This document shows, piece by piece, positions 50,179 to 59,684 of a DNA stretch of 64,000 nucleotides. How positions within the stretch are numbered: position 1 is the stretch's first letter; each line of letters begins with the position of its first letter. The position numbers were made by a program, and so were the translations under genes. Location: assembly GCA_039028615.1 (NCBI GenBank), contig JBCCHT010000039.1, positions 32,001 to 96,000 of the forward strand, written 5' to 3'. The notes below the pieces were generated by a model. That model did no database searches, was not told where the DNA came from, and saw only the letters and a program-made list of their open reading frames with translations. This DNA is from Myxococcota bacterium (GTDB lineage Bacteria > Myxococcota_A > Polyangia > Nannocystales > Nannocystaceae).

Positions 50179-51942
50179 ATGGTCGGGATGGTGCGCGGTC
50201 TACAACAGCTCCTCGATGATGCCGCCGGTCGGCGAAGCCACTCCATCGGGCTCGTGGACGGGCCGGTGGACACCACCCACCCGGGCCTGTCGCGCTCGCG
50301 CATTCGCGGGAGCGAGCGCGCGGAGATGGCGTGCACCAGCCCCAGCAGCCCCGCCTGCCACCACGGCACCTTCGTCGCGGGCCAGCTCAGCGGGCTCAGC
50401 CCGATGTCGGAGCTGGTGGCGCATCCGCTCTTTTGTGAGGCGTCGGATCTCGGCCGCTGCCCCGTCGTACGCCCGAGCCACCTCGCGGACGCCATCAACG
50501 GCCTGATGGACCGAGGCGTCCGCATCATCAACATGAGCGTGGGCCTGCAGGGCGGCCCCGCCGGCTCGCTCAGCACCCTGCATCGCGCCTACCGTCGCGC
50601 GGAAAAAGAAGGCGTACTGCTCGTCGCGGCCGCGGGCAACGACGGCCACAACGACGCCAACCCGCTGTTCCGCGATCCCTGGGTCATCCCCGTGGCCGCG
50701 CACGATCCCGCGGGGCGCGTCCTGCCCAGCTCCAATCGCGGCGGCATGGTGGCGCGCTACGGCTTGTCGGCCCCCGGCGAAGACATCGTCGGGCTCGCCC
50801 CGGGCGGCGGCAAGACCCGCATGAGCGGCACCAGCGTGGCCGCCCCCATGGTCGCCAGCGCGGCCGCGCTGCTGTGGTCGCTGTTTCCCCAGGCCACCGC
50901 GGCCGAGATTCACCACGCCTTGCGCCGACCCGAGTTCGGGCGCAGCGGCGACCTACCTCCGTCGCTCGACCTGGTGGACAGCCACCAATGGTTGAGCCGT
51001 CGATTCCCTCGCTCCACCGCCAACCCCAAGAGGTCCACGATGATGCAGCACCTTCCGATCCCCGCCACGCCTCCCACCGCGGGCCACCCCCCGTCGTCTG
51101 CCTCGTCGGTCGTGCCGCAGGGGTATCTCGTCCCCCAGGGCATCGCGCCCCAAGCCTGCGGCTGCGACCCGGGCCCCGCCGCCGGCTTCGTGTACTCGAC
51201 CGGCACCCTCGACCCGCGCTTCCCCGACGAAGGCGACAAGAAGGAGTTCACCAGTCGCGCTCGCGAGCAAGGCGTGGCCCCGGACAACTTCTACGCCGTG
51301 CTCTCGCAGCGGGACAATCGCTTCCTCGCGCGGCGCATCTGCTGGGCCCTGGTCGTCAACGAGCGCCCGGCCGGCATCCTGGTCCCCAGGTCCGAGCTCG
51401 AGCTCAACGATCTCATCGAGGCGCTCAACCCCGACCTGCAGCCCGACCCCGAGCTGGCGGTGACCGGGACGCTGGGCAGCACCGCGCCCGCGGAGAAGTG
51501 CGACGGGCTCGAGGTGCCGATGGTCGCGATCGCCGACCTGTCGTATTTCACCAAGGACCAGCTCATCAAGCAGCTCCACGACCAGGTGCACCTTCCGGCC
51601 GGGGCCACGTCGTCGGATCTCGACACCGCGATTCAGCGCATCTGGACGCTGCTGGGGATCTGGCGGGAGCCCGGCTTCAATGACGAGCAGCGGGCCAAGA
51701 ACTACGTCGCGCTGCGCACCACGAACATCTACGAGACGACGGTGCAGCTGTCGCTCCCGAGCTCGGGTGCCTTCTGGCTGCAGTCGGCCACCGCGTCCTC
51801 GGACCAGACCGAGGCCGGCCGCAGCATCGTCAACGTCGACTTCGCCTACCAAAACGCCTCGGGCCAGACGCAGACCTGGCGGGCGGAGATCGACGTCACC
51901 AACCTGTTCGCGTTCCAGAGCAAGGCTCTGTTCGCGGTGTGA
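50179..51942 (+). CDS. S8 subtilisin-like protease with C-terminal PatG_D/PatG_C domain (PatA/PatG-like)
   Basis: Catalytic triad motifs LVDGPVD..HP, HGTFVAG, SGTSVAAP, plus AAGND; linker VVPQ..VPQ.IAPQACGC; FVY..G.L.PRF, FLAR.ICW, G..DE.RA.NY.ALR, IDVT.LF. Confidence 0.88.
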   Translation: MVGMVRGLQQLLDDAAGRRSHSIGLVDGPVDTTHPGLSRSRIRGSERAEMACTSPSSPACHHGTFVAGQLSGLSPMSELVAHPLFCEASDLGRCPVVRPSHLADAINGLMDRGVRIINMSVGLQGGPAGSLSTLHRAYRRAEKEGVLLVAAAGNDGHNDANPLFRDPWVIPVAAHDPAGRVLPSSNRGGMVARYGLSAPGEDIVGLAPGGGKTRMSGTSVAAPMVASAAALLWSLFPQATAAEIHHALRRPEFGRSGDLPPSLDLVDSHQWLSRRFPRSTANPKRSTMMQHLPIPATPPTAGHPPSSASSVVPQGYLVPQGIAPQACGCDPGPAAGFVYSTGTLDPRFPDEGDKKEFTSRAREQGVAPDNFYAVLSQRDNRFLARRICWALVVNERPAGILVPRSELELNDLIEALNPDLQPDPELAVTGTLGSTAPAEKCDGLEVPMVAIADLSYFTKDQLIKQLHDQVHLPAGATSSDLDTAIQRIWTLLGIWREPGFNDEQRAKNYVALRTTNIYETTVQLSLPSSGAFWLQSATASSDQTEAGRSIVNVDFAYQNASGQTQTWRAEIDVTNLFAFQSKALFAV

Positions 51943-51955
51943 GGACGGGTGACCG

Positions 51956-53158
51956 ATGGCCATGTCGATGAAGACTCCCCAGTTCTGCGACCCGCCCGCG
52001 CATCCCGGGTGGACCCCCAAGGGGCTGCATCCCACCCCCGAGGCGGGGGCGCGACCGGTGAACTCCTACTCCTTCGGACGGCTGCGGCCTCGCTTCAGCA
52101 ACCTCGGGGCGTGGCACGAGTTCTGGTGCCTGGTCTCCGAAGATCCCCCGCCCGCCAACAAGCCCGACGATCTCGATCGCCTCATCGTGCAGACCTTCGG
52201 GCCGAGCTCGACCGGCGAGCTCCCCGACGCGTTCTATCTCGCACGCGAGCTACTGTGGCCGCTCGAGGACGTGTTCGGCATCCCCCAGCTGATCGTCGCC
52301 CCGCGCTCCGACGAGGAGATCGTGGAGCTACTCCAGACCATGTGCGACTCGTCAGCCCGCTGCGCGACGCCGACCCACGCCATCATACGCGGCTGGATGC
52401 TGGGCTTCGCCAGCGGACTCGGGGGTGAGCTGGGCGGGCTCCCCATGGTCGGGCTCGTCTCGGCTGCGTGCTACGACGTCGAGCAGCAGATCCGCCCCGG
52501 CTGTGCCGACGACCGGGCCCGCCTGTTCAAGGCCTATCAGCCCCTGCTGGCCAACAACGGGATCGGCGACGAGCTGCGCGCGATGAACTTCATCCTCACG
52601 CAGTCGAGCGGCTTTTACGAGCTGGCCTCGCGCCTCGACGAACGCAGCCGCACGCCCGACCAAGAGAGTCGCCTCGTCGGCATGCACTCGCTGGTCGTCG
52701 AAGCCCCGCGGGCCAAGCCGCTCATGGAGGTGGTGTTCTCGTTTCAGAACACCGCGAGCGGGGCCGTGAGGCGTTGGTCCCAGCGCGTCGACGTGGGCAG
52801 CCCCTTCATGTTCCTCGACCCCGAGGAAGTCCTGCCGTTCTACTCGCGCCCGTCGGGCTCCATCCAGCCGCAGTGGTCGGGCAGCATCGCACCACAGCGC
52901 CACGACGAACCGAACGCGGCCGTCCCCGAGGAGTCGGAGGCCGGAGCCGCGACGGTGGCCGAAGCCGAGCCGGAGGTCGCGGCCGAAGCGAGCCCGAGCG
53001 ACGCGAGCCCGAACGACGCGGCGACGGCCGAGGCCGCGGAGGCTCCCGCCCCGTCGGCGCAGTCCGAAGACACGGCGGTACCCGAGTCGAGCGCAGCGGC
53101 CGAAACCCAAGCCGCCGAGGCCCCCGAGGACCCCTCCGAACCGGGCTCGACCCCATAG
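51956..53158 (+). CDS. PatG_D/PatG_C domain-only protein with acidic tail
   Basis: YSFGRLRPRF...EF, YLARELLW, NNGIGDELRAMNF, EVVFSF, RVDVGSPFMFL; no protease domain; Ala/Glu/Pro-rich tail. Confidence 0.8.
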   Translation: MAMSMKTPQFCDPPAHPGWTPKGLHPTPEAGARPVNSYSFGRLRPRFSNLGAWHEFWCLVSEDPPPANKPDDLDRLIVQTFGPSSTGELPDAFYLARELLWPLEDVFGIPQLIVAPRSDEEIVELLQTMCDSSARCATPTHAIIRGWMLGFASGLGGELGGLPMVGLVSAACYDVEQQIRPGCADDRARLFKAYQPLLANNGIGDELRAMNFILTQSSGFYELASRLDERSRTPDQESRLVGMHSLVVEAPRAKPLMEVVFSFQNTASGAVRRWSQRVDVGSPFMFLDPEEVLPFYSRPSGSIQPQWSGSIAPQRHDEPNAAVPEESEAGAATVAEAEPEVAAEASPSDASPNDAATAEAAEAPAPSAQSEDTAVPESSAAAETQAAEAPEDPSEPGSTP

Positions 53159-53261
53159 CCCCGGGTCGCGGCATCGCGTGCCGAGCCGGAGGGCGCGGTG
53201 CGTGGACGCGGCGGCTTTTCGTGCGCTGCGCTTCGCCCTGGTTTAGTCTGCGGGCCAGCCC

Positions 53262-53885
53262 ATGAAGCTCTCGCTCGCCACGCTCCTCGTCGTGTCCATG
53301 CTCGGTGGCTGTGCCACGGCCCCGGACTGCCCCCAACCGAGCGAGGTCCCGGCGGCCCCGGCCCCCGAAGCCGACGCGCCCGCGGTCGTCGCGGCCGAGC
53401 CCGCCGAAGCCCCCGGTCCCGCCACCGTGATCGTGTTCGTCCGGCACGCCGAGAAGGCCTCCGATGGCACCCCGGACCCGCCGCTCACCGAACGCGGCCA
53501 GCGACGCGCCGAGTGCCTGGCCACCCTGCTGGGCCCGTTCGAGGCCGATGTCGTGCTCCACAGTGAGTACCAGCGCACCCGCAATACGGTGAAGCCGCTG
53601 TCCGACGCCCTCGGCGTGAACCCCACCGTGATCGAGGCGGGCAACCTCCAGGCCTGGAAAGACGCCCTGAACACGGTCCCGCCCGGCTCCCACGTCGTCG
53701 TGTCCGGCCACTCCAACACCATTCCCGCCTGGGTCCAAGCGCTGGGGGCAAAGCTCCCCGGTCTCGACGAGCACGGCAACATCCCGCACGACGACTACGA
53801 CCGCATGGTGCAGGTGGTCCTCGACGGTGAGGGTCAGCTGCTCACGAGCTACACCACGGCCTACTGTACCGAACCCGCGGGATGA
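53262..53885 (+). CDS. Histidine phosphatase (phosphoglycerate mutase/SixA-like) lipoprotein
   Basis: LGGC lipobox; VRHAEK, DPPLT.RG..RA, RT..T, VSGHSNTIP. Confidence 0.88.
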   Translation: MKLSLATLLVVSMLGGCATAPDCPQPSEVPAAPAPEADAPAVVAAEPAEAPGPATVIVFVRHAEKASDGTPDPPLTERGQRRAECLATLLGPFEADVVLHSEYQRTRNTVKPLSDALGVNPTVIEAGNLQAWKDALNTVPPGSHVVVSGHSNTIPAWVQALGAKLPGLDEHGNIPHDDYDRMVQVVLDGEGQLLTSYTTAYCTEPAG

Positions 53886-53902
53886 GTTTTGAAACAGCTT
53901 CT
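53886..53902 (+). repeat. 17-bp direct repeat, copy 1 (GTTTTGAAACAGCTTCT)
   Basis: Identical to 58498-58514; begins immediately after a stop codon. Confidence 0.85.
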
Positions 53903-54288
53903 AGTGTCCTGAGTCAGCTTTTCGTTGCATAGCCCCCGTCAGAGCACGAGAAGAGTGCTCAACGCGGGCTCGGCTTCGCCCCTCGAAAGTGGTGAACGGG
54001 TATCGCTTGGGAAATGACCCCAGCCGGCCGAAACCCGAGGGCACCGTTGCGACGTAGGTACTCGGTGAACGGCGGCGGGTGGTCTGATCTTCGGTAACAA
54101 GCCGGGCCTCCGCCATCCCTACGGGCGCGCACCTTCGATGGCCGACGCAAGAACGACACGTTCTGTATGCGCGTGATGATTGTCGGCGTCGTCGACCATG
54201 GCGGTGCCGCCGCCACCGCCACCGCCCTGCATCAAGGATTGGTCTATTCGGGGACGTACCCGTGCGTAGCTGCCATTCTATTTGCAAT

Positions 54289-54303
54289 TGATATTCATTA
54301 TCA
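54289..54303. promoter_or_regulatory. Fur box
   Basis: TGATATT-C-ATTATCA, one mismatch to the 7-1-7 consensus TGATAATnATTATCA, in an AT island about 20 bp before ATG 54323. Confidence 0.8.
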
Positions 54304-54322
54304 TTATTATCGACACGAACCG

Positions 54323-55219
54323 ATGGCACAGGAAAAGAACTCGAAACAGACGGTCGATCTCGGTGCGGTGCAGGAGACGCTGCTCATTCCGTTGGTCTCT
54401 CGGGCGGAAGAGACCAAGAAGACCCACGGACTGGTGCACGACCCACGCGCGGTCGAGATCGTCGAGTCTCTCGACTACGACTTCGACAAGTGGCGAAAGA
54501 GCCCAATGATCCTCGCCGGCGCATGCGTCCGCACCCGCATGTTCGATCGCATCACCGAGCGCTTCCTCGCCGAACACCCCACCGGAACCATCGTCGAGAT
54601 CGGTTGTGGGCTGAACACCCGCTTCGAGCGGCTCGACAACGGCAAGGCGACGTGGTTCGACCTCGACCTCCCCGACAGCATCGCCTTGCGTCGCCGCTAC
54701 TTCGAAGACCAACCGCGCCGCACGATGCTCGCGGGGAGCGTCCTCGACGACGAGTGGCTCGAGCCCGTCGCCGCCGCGGGCGGCCCCTACCTGTTCCTGT
54801 CCGAGGCCGTGCTCGTGTACCTCGAGGAAGCCCTCGTTCGACAGGCGATCACACAAATCGCCACCCGCTGCCCCGACGCCTGGTTCGTCACCGACCTCGC
54901 TGCCAAGAAGCTCGCCACCCCCGACTACGCCGCCAAGTCCCGCGACCGCATGGGGATCAAGGCGTGGTTCGCCTGGGGGTGCGACGATCCGCGCGCGCTC
55001 GAGGGCTGGCACCCCGGCACCGAGCTGCTCTCGGCCGAGACGTTCAGCGACGCGCACGACGACATCGTCGGACGCATGCCCACCCTCTTTCGGGTCCTCA
55101 CCCGCTACGCACGCTGGATCGCGCGGATCATGACCAGGAACTACGTGATCGCCCACTATCGGCTCGGAGGTCCGACTGGTGCTCCGGCCGGAGAGGACGA
55201 GCCCGCCGCGGTGGCGTGA
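54323..55219 (+). CDS. Class I SAM-dependent methyltransferase (LCM/TcmP-like O-methyltransferase)
   Basis: VQETLLIPL..RA.E, D..A..IV..LDYDF, IVEIGCGLNTRFERLDNG...WFDLDLPD, SEAVLVYL. Confidence 0.9.
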   Translation: MAQEKNSKQTVDLGAVQETLLIPLVSRAEETKKTHGLVHDPRAVEIVESLDYDFDKWRKSPMILAGACVRTRMFDRITERFLAEHPTGTIVEIGCGLNTRFERLDNGKATWFDLDLPDSIALRRRYFEDQPRRTMLAGSVLDDEWLEPVAAAGGPYLFLSEAVLVYLEEALVRQAITQIATRCPDAWFVTDLAAKKLATPDYAAKSRDRMGIKAWFAWGCDDPRALEGWHPGTELLSAETFSDAHDDIVGRMPTLFRVLTRYARWIARIMTRNYVIAHYRLGGPTGAPAGEDEPAAVA

Positions 55220-55287
55220 CGAACTCGTGTCGGGCCCTTGCTCGGCGGCCCGACGTCACCACCAGCTCGATTCCAAGACCTCGGGGA

Positions 55288-55561
55288 GTGCACGGACAAC
55301 GCCGATGTCGTGTTGCAGGACGTGCGCTGTGGCGCGGGGGTCGGTGCCCTGTCGCCGTTCATCGCCGACGAAGTTCTCGAACGCGGAGAGCTCGTTCGAG
55401 TCTCGCCGCAGTGGCGGATTCCGGGCCGCCATGGCGTCTACGCCGTCCATCCGCACCGCGGCCTGCTGCCGCGACGCGTGCAGGCGGTCATTGAGCACCT
55501 CGGCGAGCGGCTGCGCGAGGCTCAGGTCGACTGGGACCGCATGACCGCCGATCCTGCCTAG
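55288..55561 (+). pseudogene. LysR-type regulator remnant (C-terminal part of the substrate-binding domain only)
   Basis: TDNADVV....G.GVG.LS.F...L..GELVRV.PQW....VYAVHP....LP.RV..VIEHL; HTH domain and N-terminal half absent. Confidence 0.75.
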
Positions 55562-56107
55562 CGTGGTGAGTCCGCTTTTCCGAAATCTCGCGGGTCGACA
55601 GGTGGGAGTTGGGACCCGAGGGCAAGGCCGCGAATTCGACGCGGTATCGAGCGGCGGTTTGTAAGCGAGGCAGGGTCAACACCCGAGATCGAGCGCGTGC
55701 GCGGGGCCAGTGATGCTCACCTGCGCTCGGGCTCCGCGGGTGGTCCCAAATACCCTCGTGTCGAGGTCCTAGTCCAATATCTGCGTTGGCAGCGAGGCCT
55801 TCTTCCCGAATCGTGCGGGGCCGGCGGCGCAGACGCGGTGGAGCCGAGAGGTCACGAATGGAGTCCCGTGGATAATCCAGAGGCTCCGCCGTGACTACCA
55901 GATACCTGGAAGTGAACGTCCGCCGTGGGCCCGTGGGCTCGCCGACATGGAGAGCTTGCGCAGAGAGTGACGAGCTGTCGATCTCGCGACCGGTCACAGA
56001 GAATCAGTAGTCCGGCGCCGTGATTCTCAATGACTTGTTCGGCCTGACAGATGCACATGGTGCATCTGATTAACATGCACAACAGAATGATCGAAGCAGG
56101 TAGAGAA

Positions 56108-57859
56108 ATGGACACCAAGACCAAGACCAACGACTATATTCTTCGGTCAATCGCGGGATTGGCGATTTGCGCGCTCGCCCCTGGGTGCGATCGCCAGACC
56201 ACGGAGCACGATCATCATACGCGGTCGGACTGTGCGCCCGCCTCTGATCAGATGTCGACGGTGTTCGTCAGCAGTGCCGTGTTCGACGAGATCGAGGCCT
56301 GGGCCGATGATGATGGTGCTCCTCGGCTGAAGCACGACCTGAATGCCGCCGCGGCTACAGACTGGCAGTCTGCGGATGGCTCGTGTGATGATTTATCGGA
56401 CTATCCGGGTGTTTCCACGGCGCAGTGCGCCTCGTCCAAGGACCTGCTCCACCAGCTCTTGGTGAAGCAAGCTGCCAAGGATGCTGGATCTCAGTGCGTA
56501 GTCGTGGCGGGTATCGGTCCAGATCAAAACGTCGATGTGTTGCCCGACTTTGGTGATGAAGAGGTCTCGGAGAATACGGAAGGGGACACCACCAAGCGAA
56601 TCAGTCGACACGGGCCCGCGTCTTCCATCCTACTCACCGCGATGAGCAGGGATCGTGCGAACGGGAGCCATTCGGGTGATCCCGTAAGTATCGACACGAA
56701 GAAGGCTGTCACCCGTATCAAGGTGATGAATGTCTGTTATGATGATGAACACAACCGGATCAAGGATGGCCCTTCGCTCAGAGTGAGTATGGAGGCGGAG
56801 TTTCACGGCAAGATCACGGTCGTGAACCAGTCGACCAAGGATGGGAAGAGGGGAAATTCGGTGGGCAAGGGAGAGTTCATCGCCGGCACCCACAGATATA
56901 CGTTGACGGACAACTGGACTCTCATCAACGGTACACATCCCCAGAACCTCGCTCTGAGCCGCGTTGTGAGCCACAGCAGCTGGAGCGTGAATTGGTCAGC
57001 AGTGGTTCCATTCCTGATCGATATCGCGACTTGGGCTGCGGACTACTTCTTCCCTGAATATGAGAGTTTGCCGGGCAATTGGAAGAAGGAGTCGACCGGC
57101 GAGGAATCGAGCGCTCCCAATCCGAAATCAGCAGGCGAGTATGACAAGAAGACCCTCGATGACTTTCGCAAGATCTTCGTAGTCGTCGGGGAGGACGGTG
57201 GCGAAAATGGCCGTGATAGCAAACAGGACCAAAACAGAGTCAACGACTCGATTGTGATCGAGCCGTTCAGTCCGGCGACGTATGAGATGGCTTCTGGAGT
57301 CCAGGCATCCGTGGATACTCACAGATACGACCATGATGGGCACTATAGGAACTTCGTGAGTGTAGCGATGGCCAGCGATTTCGGGGTCCTGTTTACGATG
57401 AACTATCCCGAGAGCGAGTGCCAGAAGCTCGACGGGGCGGCGCGCGCTGCGTGTGAGAGGTTCAATCCGGTGGGATTCTACGCGGTTGGCGCCAAGACGG
57501 AAAAGAACATCGGTAGCTCGATGTCGGACTTCTATAACAATGATACGGAACGCGAAGGCTTCAAAGACGGCACCTGCGGGCCCGATGAGGGGCGAGAGTG
57601 TTTGCCTGACTACATGGGCGGTTGCATCTGGGTGGGGCCACCTTGCATCAACTACCAGCAGAAGATCGAAGATGTCTATTCTCCGCGAGACTTCGATGCC
57701 TTGGCCGAGAATGCGAGGGTAGTCGCAGGAAATATGGGGTGGGACGACAACGAACCAGGGTTGAAGAACACCCCCGTGCAGGACATGGTCGACAAGATCA
57801 AGGATGCGAACGACCAAGGGGTGACCATCGTCACCGGTATCATGGAGCTCGAGAAATAA
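56108..57859 (+). CDS. Hypothetical lipoprotein with atypical low-GC codon usage
   Basis: 583-aa open frame; LAICALAPGC lipobox; many A/T-ending codons, unlike neighbouring genes; imperfect hairpin follows at 57869-57890. Confidence 0.75.
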   Translation: MDTKTKTNDYILRSIAGLAICALAPGCDRQTTEHDHHTRSDCAPASDQMSTVFVSSAVFDEIEAWADDDGAPRLKHDLNAAAATDWQSADGSCDDLSDYPGVSTAQCASSKDLLHQLLVKQAAKDAGSQCVVVAGIGPDQNVDVLPDFGDEEVSENTEGDTTKRISRHGPASSILLTAMSRDRANGSHSGDPVSIDTKKAVTRIKVMNVCYDDEHNRIKDGPSLRVSMEAEFHGKITVVNQSTKDGKRGNSVGKGEFIAGTHRYTLTDNWTLINGTHPQNLALSRVVSHSSWSVNWSAVVPFLIDIATWAADYFFPEYESLPGNWKKESTGEESSAPNPKSAGEYDKKTLDDFRKIFVVVGEDGGENGRDSKQDQNRVNDSIVIEPFSPATYEMASGVQASVDTHRYDHDGHYRNFVSVAMASDFGVLFTMNYPESECQKLDGAARAACERFNPVGFYAVGAKTEKNIGSSMSDFYNNDTEREGFKDGTCGPDEGRECLPDYMGGCIWVGPPCINYQQKIEDVYSPRDFDALAENARVVAGNMGWDDNEPGLKNTPVQDMVDKIKDANDQGVTIVTGIMELEK

Positions 57860-58497
57860 CCTCCGAATCTCCCCCGAGTGTCGAGGGGAGCGCTGCGTCC
57901 ACGCGTAGTCGGCCGCGAGCAAGCCGAGAGTTACTTCGATGCCCTGTACGCCGCGGAGAGTCTCACCGACCACAGCATTGATGCGGCGGGCCCTGGTACG
58001 ACTTGATCACATAAAACAGGCATGGGGCGGGGCTCTGGCCCGTCCTCGTACTCGAATCTCCGCCGGCACATGGGGCAGTGTCCAAGCTCGAGGACGAGCG
58101 CGGTCTGAAGCAAACGTCTACAGGCCGGCAGCGAGCTCCGGCCCCGAGGGGAAAGCCGGCCCCGGCGTTTCCCCGACAACGTTCAAACTGTAAACCTGCG
58201 GACCTCGCGGGTTCGCAGATCGAGCCAGGCGCGGGCCTCGAGGGTGGCCTTCATCATTCGTATGGGAGGGCAGCCTGACGCCACGGATGAACGAGGTAGC
58301 CAGCACGGGCGCGCGAGGCCACCAAGAGATTCCGCCGTCCGCCAAATTGGAGACATCGCGGAGATGAACGACCCCTCCGCCGGATAAAAAACCCTCAAAA
58401 TCAAATACTTATATCCCAGCGCTGTACTATCGGGCATGCCGCGAGAATTCGGAACGAAGCCCTCGGGGACCAGTGCCGTGCAGTGCGGCGCGTGAGG

Positions 58498-58514
58498 GTT
58501 TTGAAACAGCTTCT
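58498..58514 (+). repeat. 17-bp direct repeat, copy 2 (GTTTTGAAACAGCTTCT)
   Basis: Identical to 53886-53902. Confidence 0.85.
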
Positions 58515-58550
58515 GGCCCCGACCGGCCTTCGTCCCGCATCATGGAGGTG

Positions 58551-59063
58551 ATGAGGAGGGGACGGTGGTGGCTCGCGCTCGCGCTCGTGGTTGGCTGTGC
58601 CACCGGCGTGGAGGACAGCTCTCCCCTCACCACCTTCGGCATCGGCACGCTCGGCAACATGCCGAACGACGACGGAGACACCGAAGGGGCCTCGTCGCAG
58701 GGCACGGGCGCGGGCACGGACACGGGCACGGCGGGCGATGGCGCCAGCGGGTCGGGGGTCGCCGACGAGACGGGCGGCGGCGAGACGACCTCCGCCAACG
58801 GAGGCGAGTCGAGCGGAGGACCGGCCCCCACGTGCGAGGCGGAGGACGACGACGTCCCCTGTGTCACGTGCGCCAAGACGGCGTGCTGCGAGCAGTTCCT
58901 GGCGTGCATTTCCGAGGCGCAGTGCAACTGTGCGCTCGAGTGCCTGCTCGCCGGAGGAGAAACCGGCGGGTGCATCTTGACCTGTGGCGCGTCGGCCGAG
59001 GCGATCAACCTGTTCAACTGCGCGGCGTTGCCCTGCAAGGCGACCTGCGATCCACCGCGATAG
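58551..59063 (+). CDS. Small Cys-rich lipoprotein
   Basis: GGAGG RBS; WWLALALVVGC lipobox; Gly/Ser/Thr linker; Cys-rich C-terminal domain. Confidence 0.75.
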   Translation: MRRGRWWLALALVVGCATGVEDSSPLTTFGIGTLGNMPNDDGDTEGASSQGTGAGTDTGTAGDGASGSGVADETGGGETTSANGGESSGGPAPTCEAEDDDVPCVTCAKTACCEQFLACISEAQCNCALECLLAGGETGGCILTCGASAEAINLFNCAALPCKATCDPPR

Positions 59064-59141
59064 CGTCCGCGCGCACAAAAATGACGGGCGCCGCATATGC
59101 GACGCCCGTCCAGAGTGGAGCAACGGTGCAGGGAGATCGGT

Positions 59142-59684
59142 TCAATAATCGAGGTGGACTTTGAATTTCTTGGTGATGCCGAACGGGTTCTTGGCCTTGA
59201 CCTCGAAGTCGTCGTAGGCCGACATCTCCAGCAGGGTCAGGGCCGAGATGTGCGGGAAGGCGATCGGCACCCAGGGACCCGTGGGGTCTCCGGTCACCGA
59301 ATCGATGCTGCGCGCCTTGACGTTGCGGTCGCCCGTGCGCAGGCCCAGCTCGTAGGTCAGGTCGCCCGGTGCGGTATCGGTGACCACCCAGTTGCCGGCG
59401 GCGTCTTGGTCATAGGAGGTCTGCTCGCACGAGCGAAGGCCGGCGAAGCCATCGTCGAAGGCCTGCTGGGCGAAGCCCAAGCCGATGTCGATGTCGCCGT
59501 TGTTGCGATGTGACACGGGGCGATCGTTCCGCCACGACGCGCAGTCGAAGTCGGCGCTGCGGCTGACGATCGCGGCATCGTCGAGTTCGATGTTCTCGGA
59601 GACCCCCCGCGAATCGCATGCGGTGGTCAAACCGACGAGGCTCAGGGTGCATAGTCCGACGAAGTGATGGAGGGAGAGAGGCAT
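59142..59684 (-). CDS. Hypothetical lipoprotein with a weak PDZ-like segment
   Basis: LTTAC lipobox; PGDLTYELGLRTGD resembles the PDZ motif PGS.A...GL..GD. Confidence 0.6.
   Translation of the reverse strand: MPLSLHHFVGLCTLSLVGLTTACDSRGVSENIELDDAAIVSRSADFDCASWRNDRPVSHRNNGDIDIGLGFAQQAFDDGFAGLRSCEQTSYDQDAAGNWVVTDTAPGDLTYELGLRTGDRNVKARSIDSVTGDPTGPWVPIAFPHISALTLLEMSAYDDFEVKAKNPFGITKKFKVHLDY

Noticed and set aside
49797..53158. Complete cyanobactin biosynthetic cluster
   Set aside because: No PatE precursor, heterocyclase, oxidase or prenyltransferase in the window.
57860..58497. Transposase or integrase remnant in the right part of the islet
   Set aside because: No DDE or tyrosine-recombinase motifs recognised; only short hairpins (for example 58147-58173).
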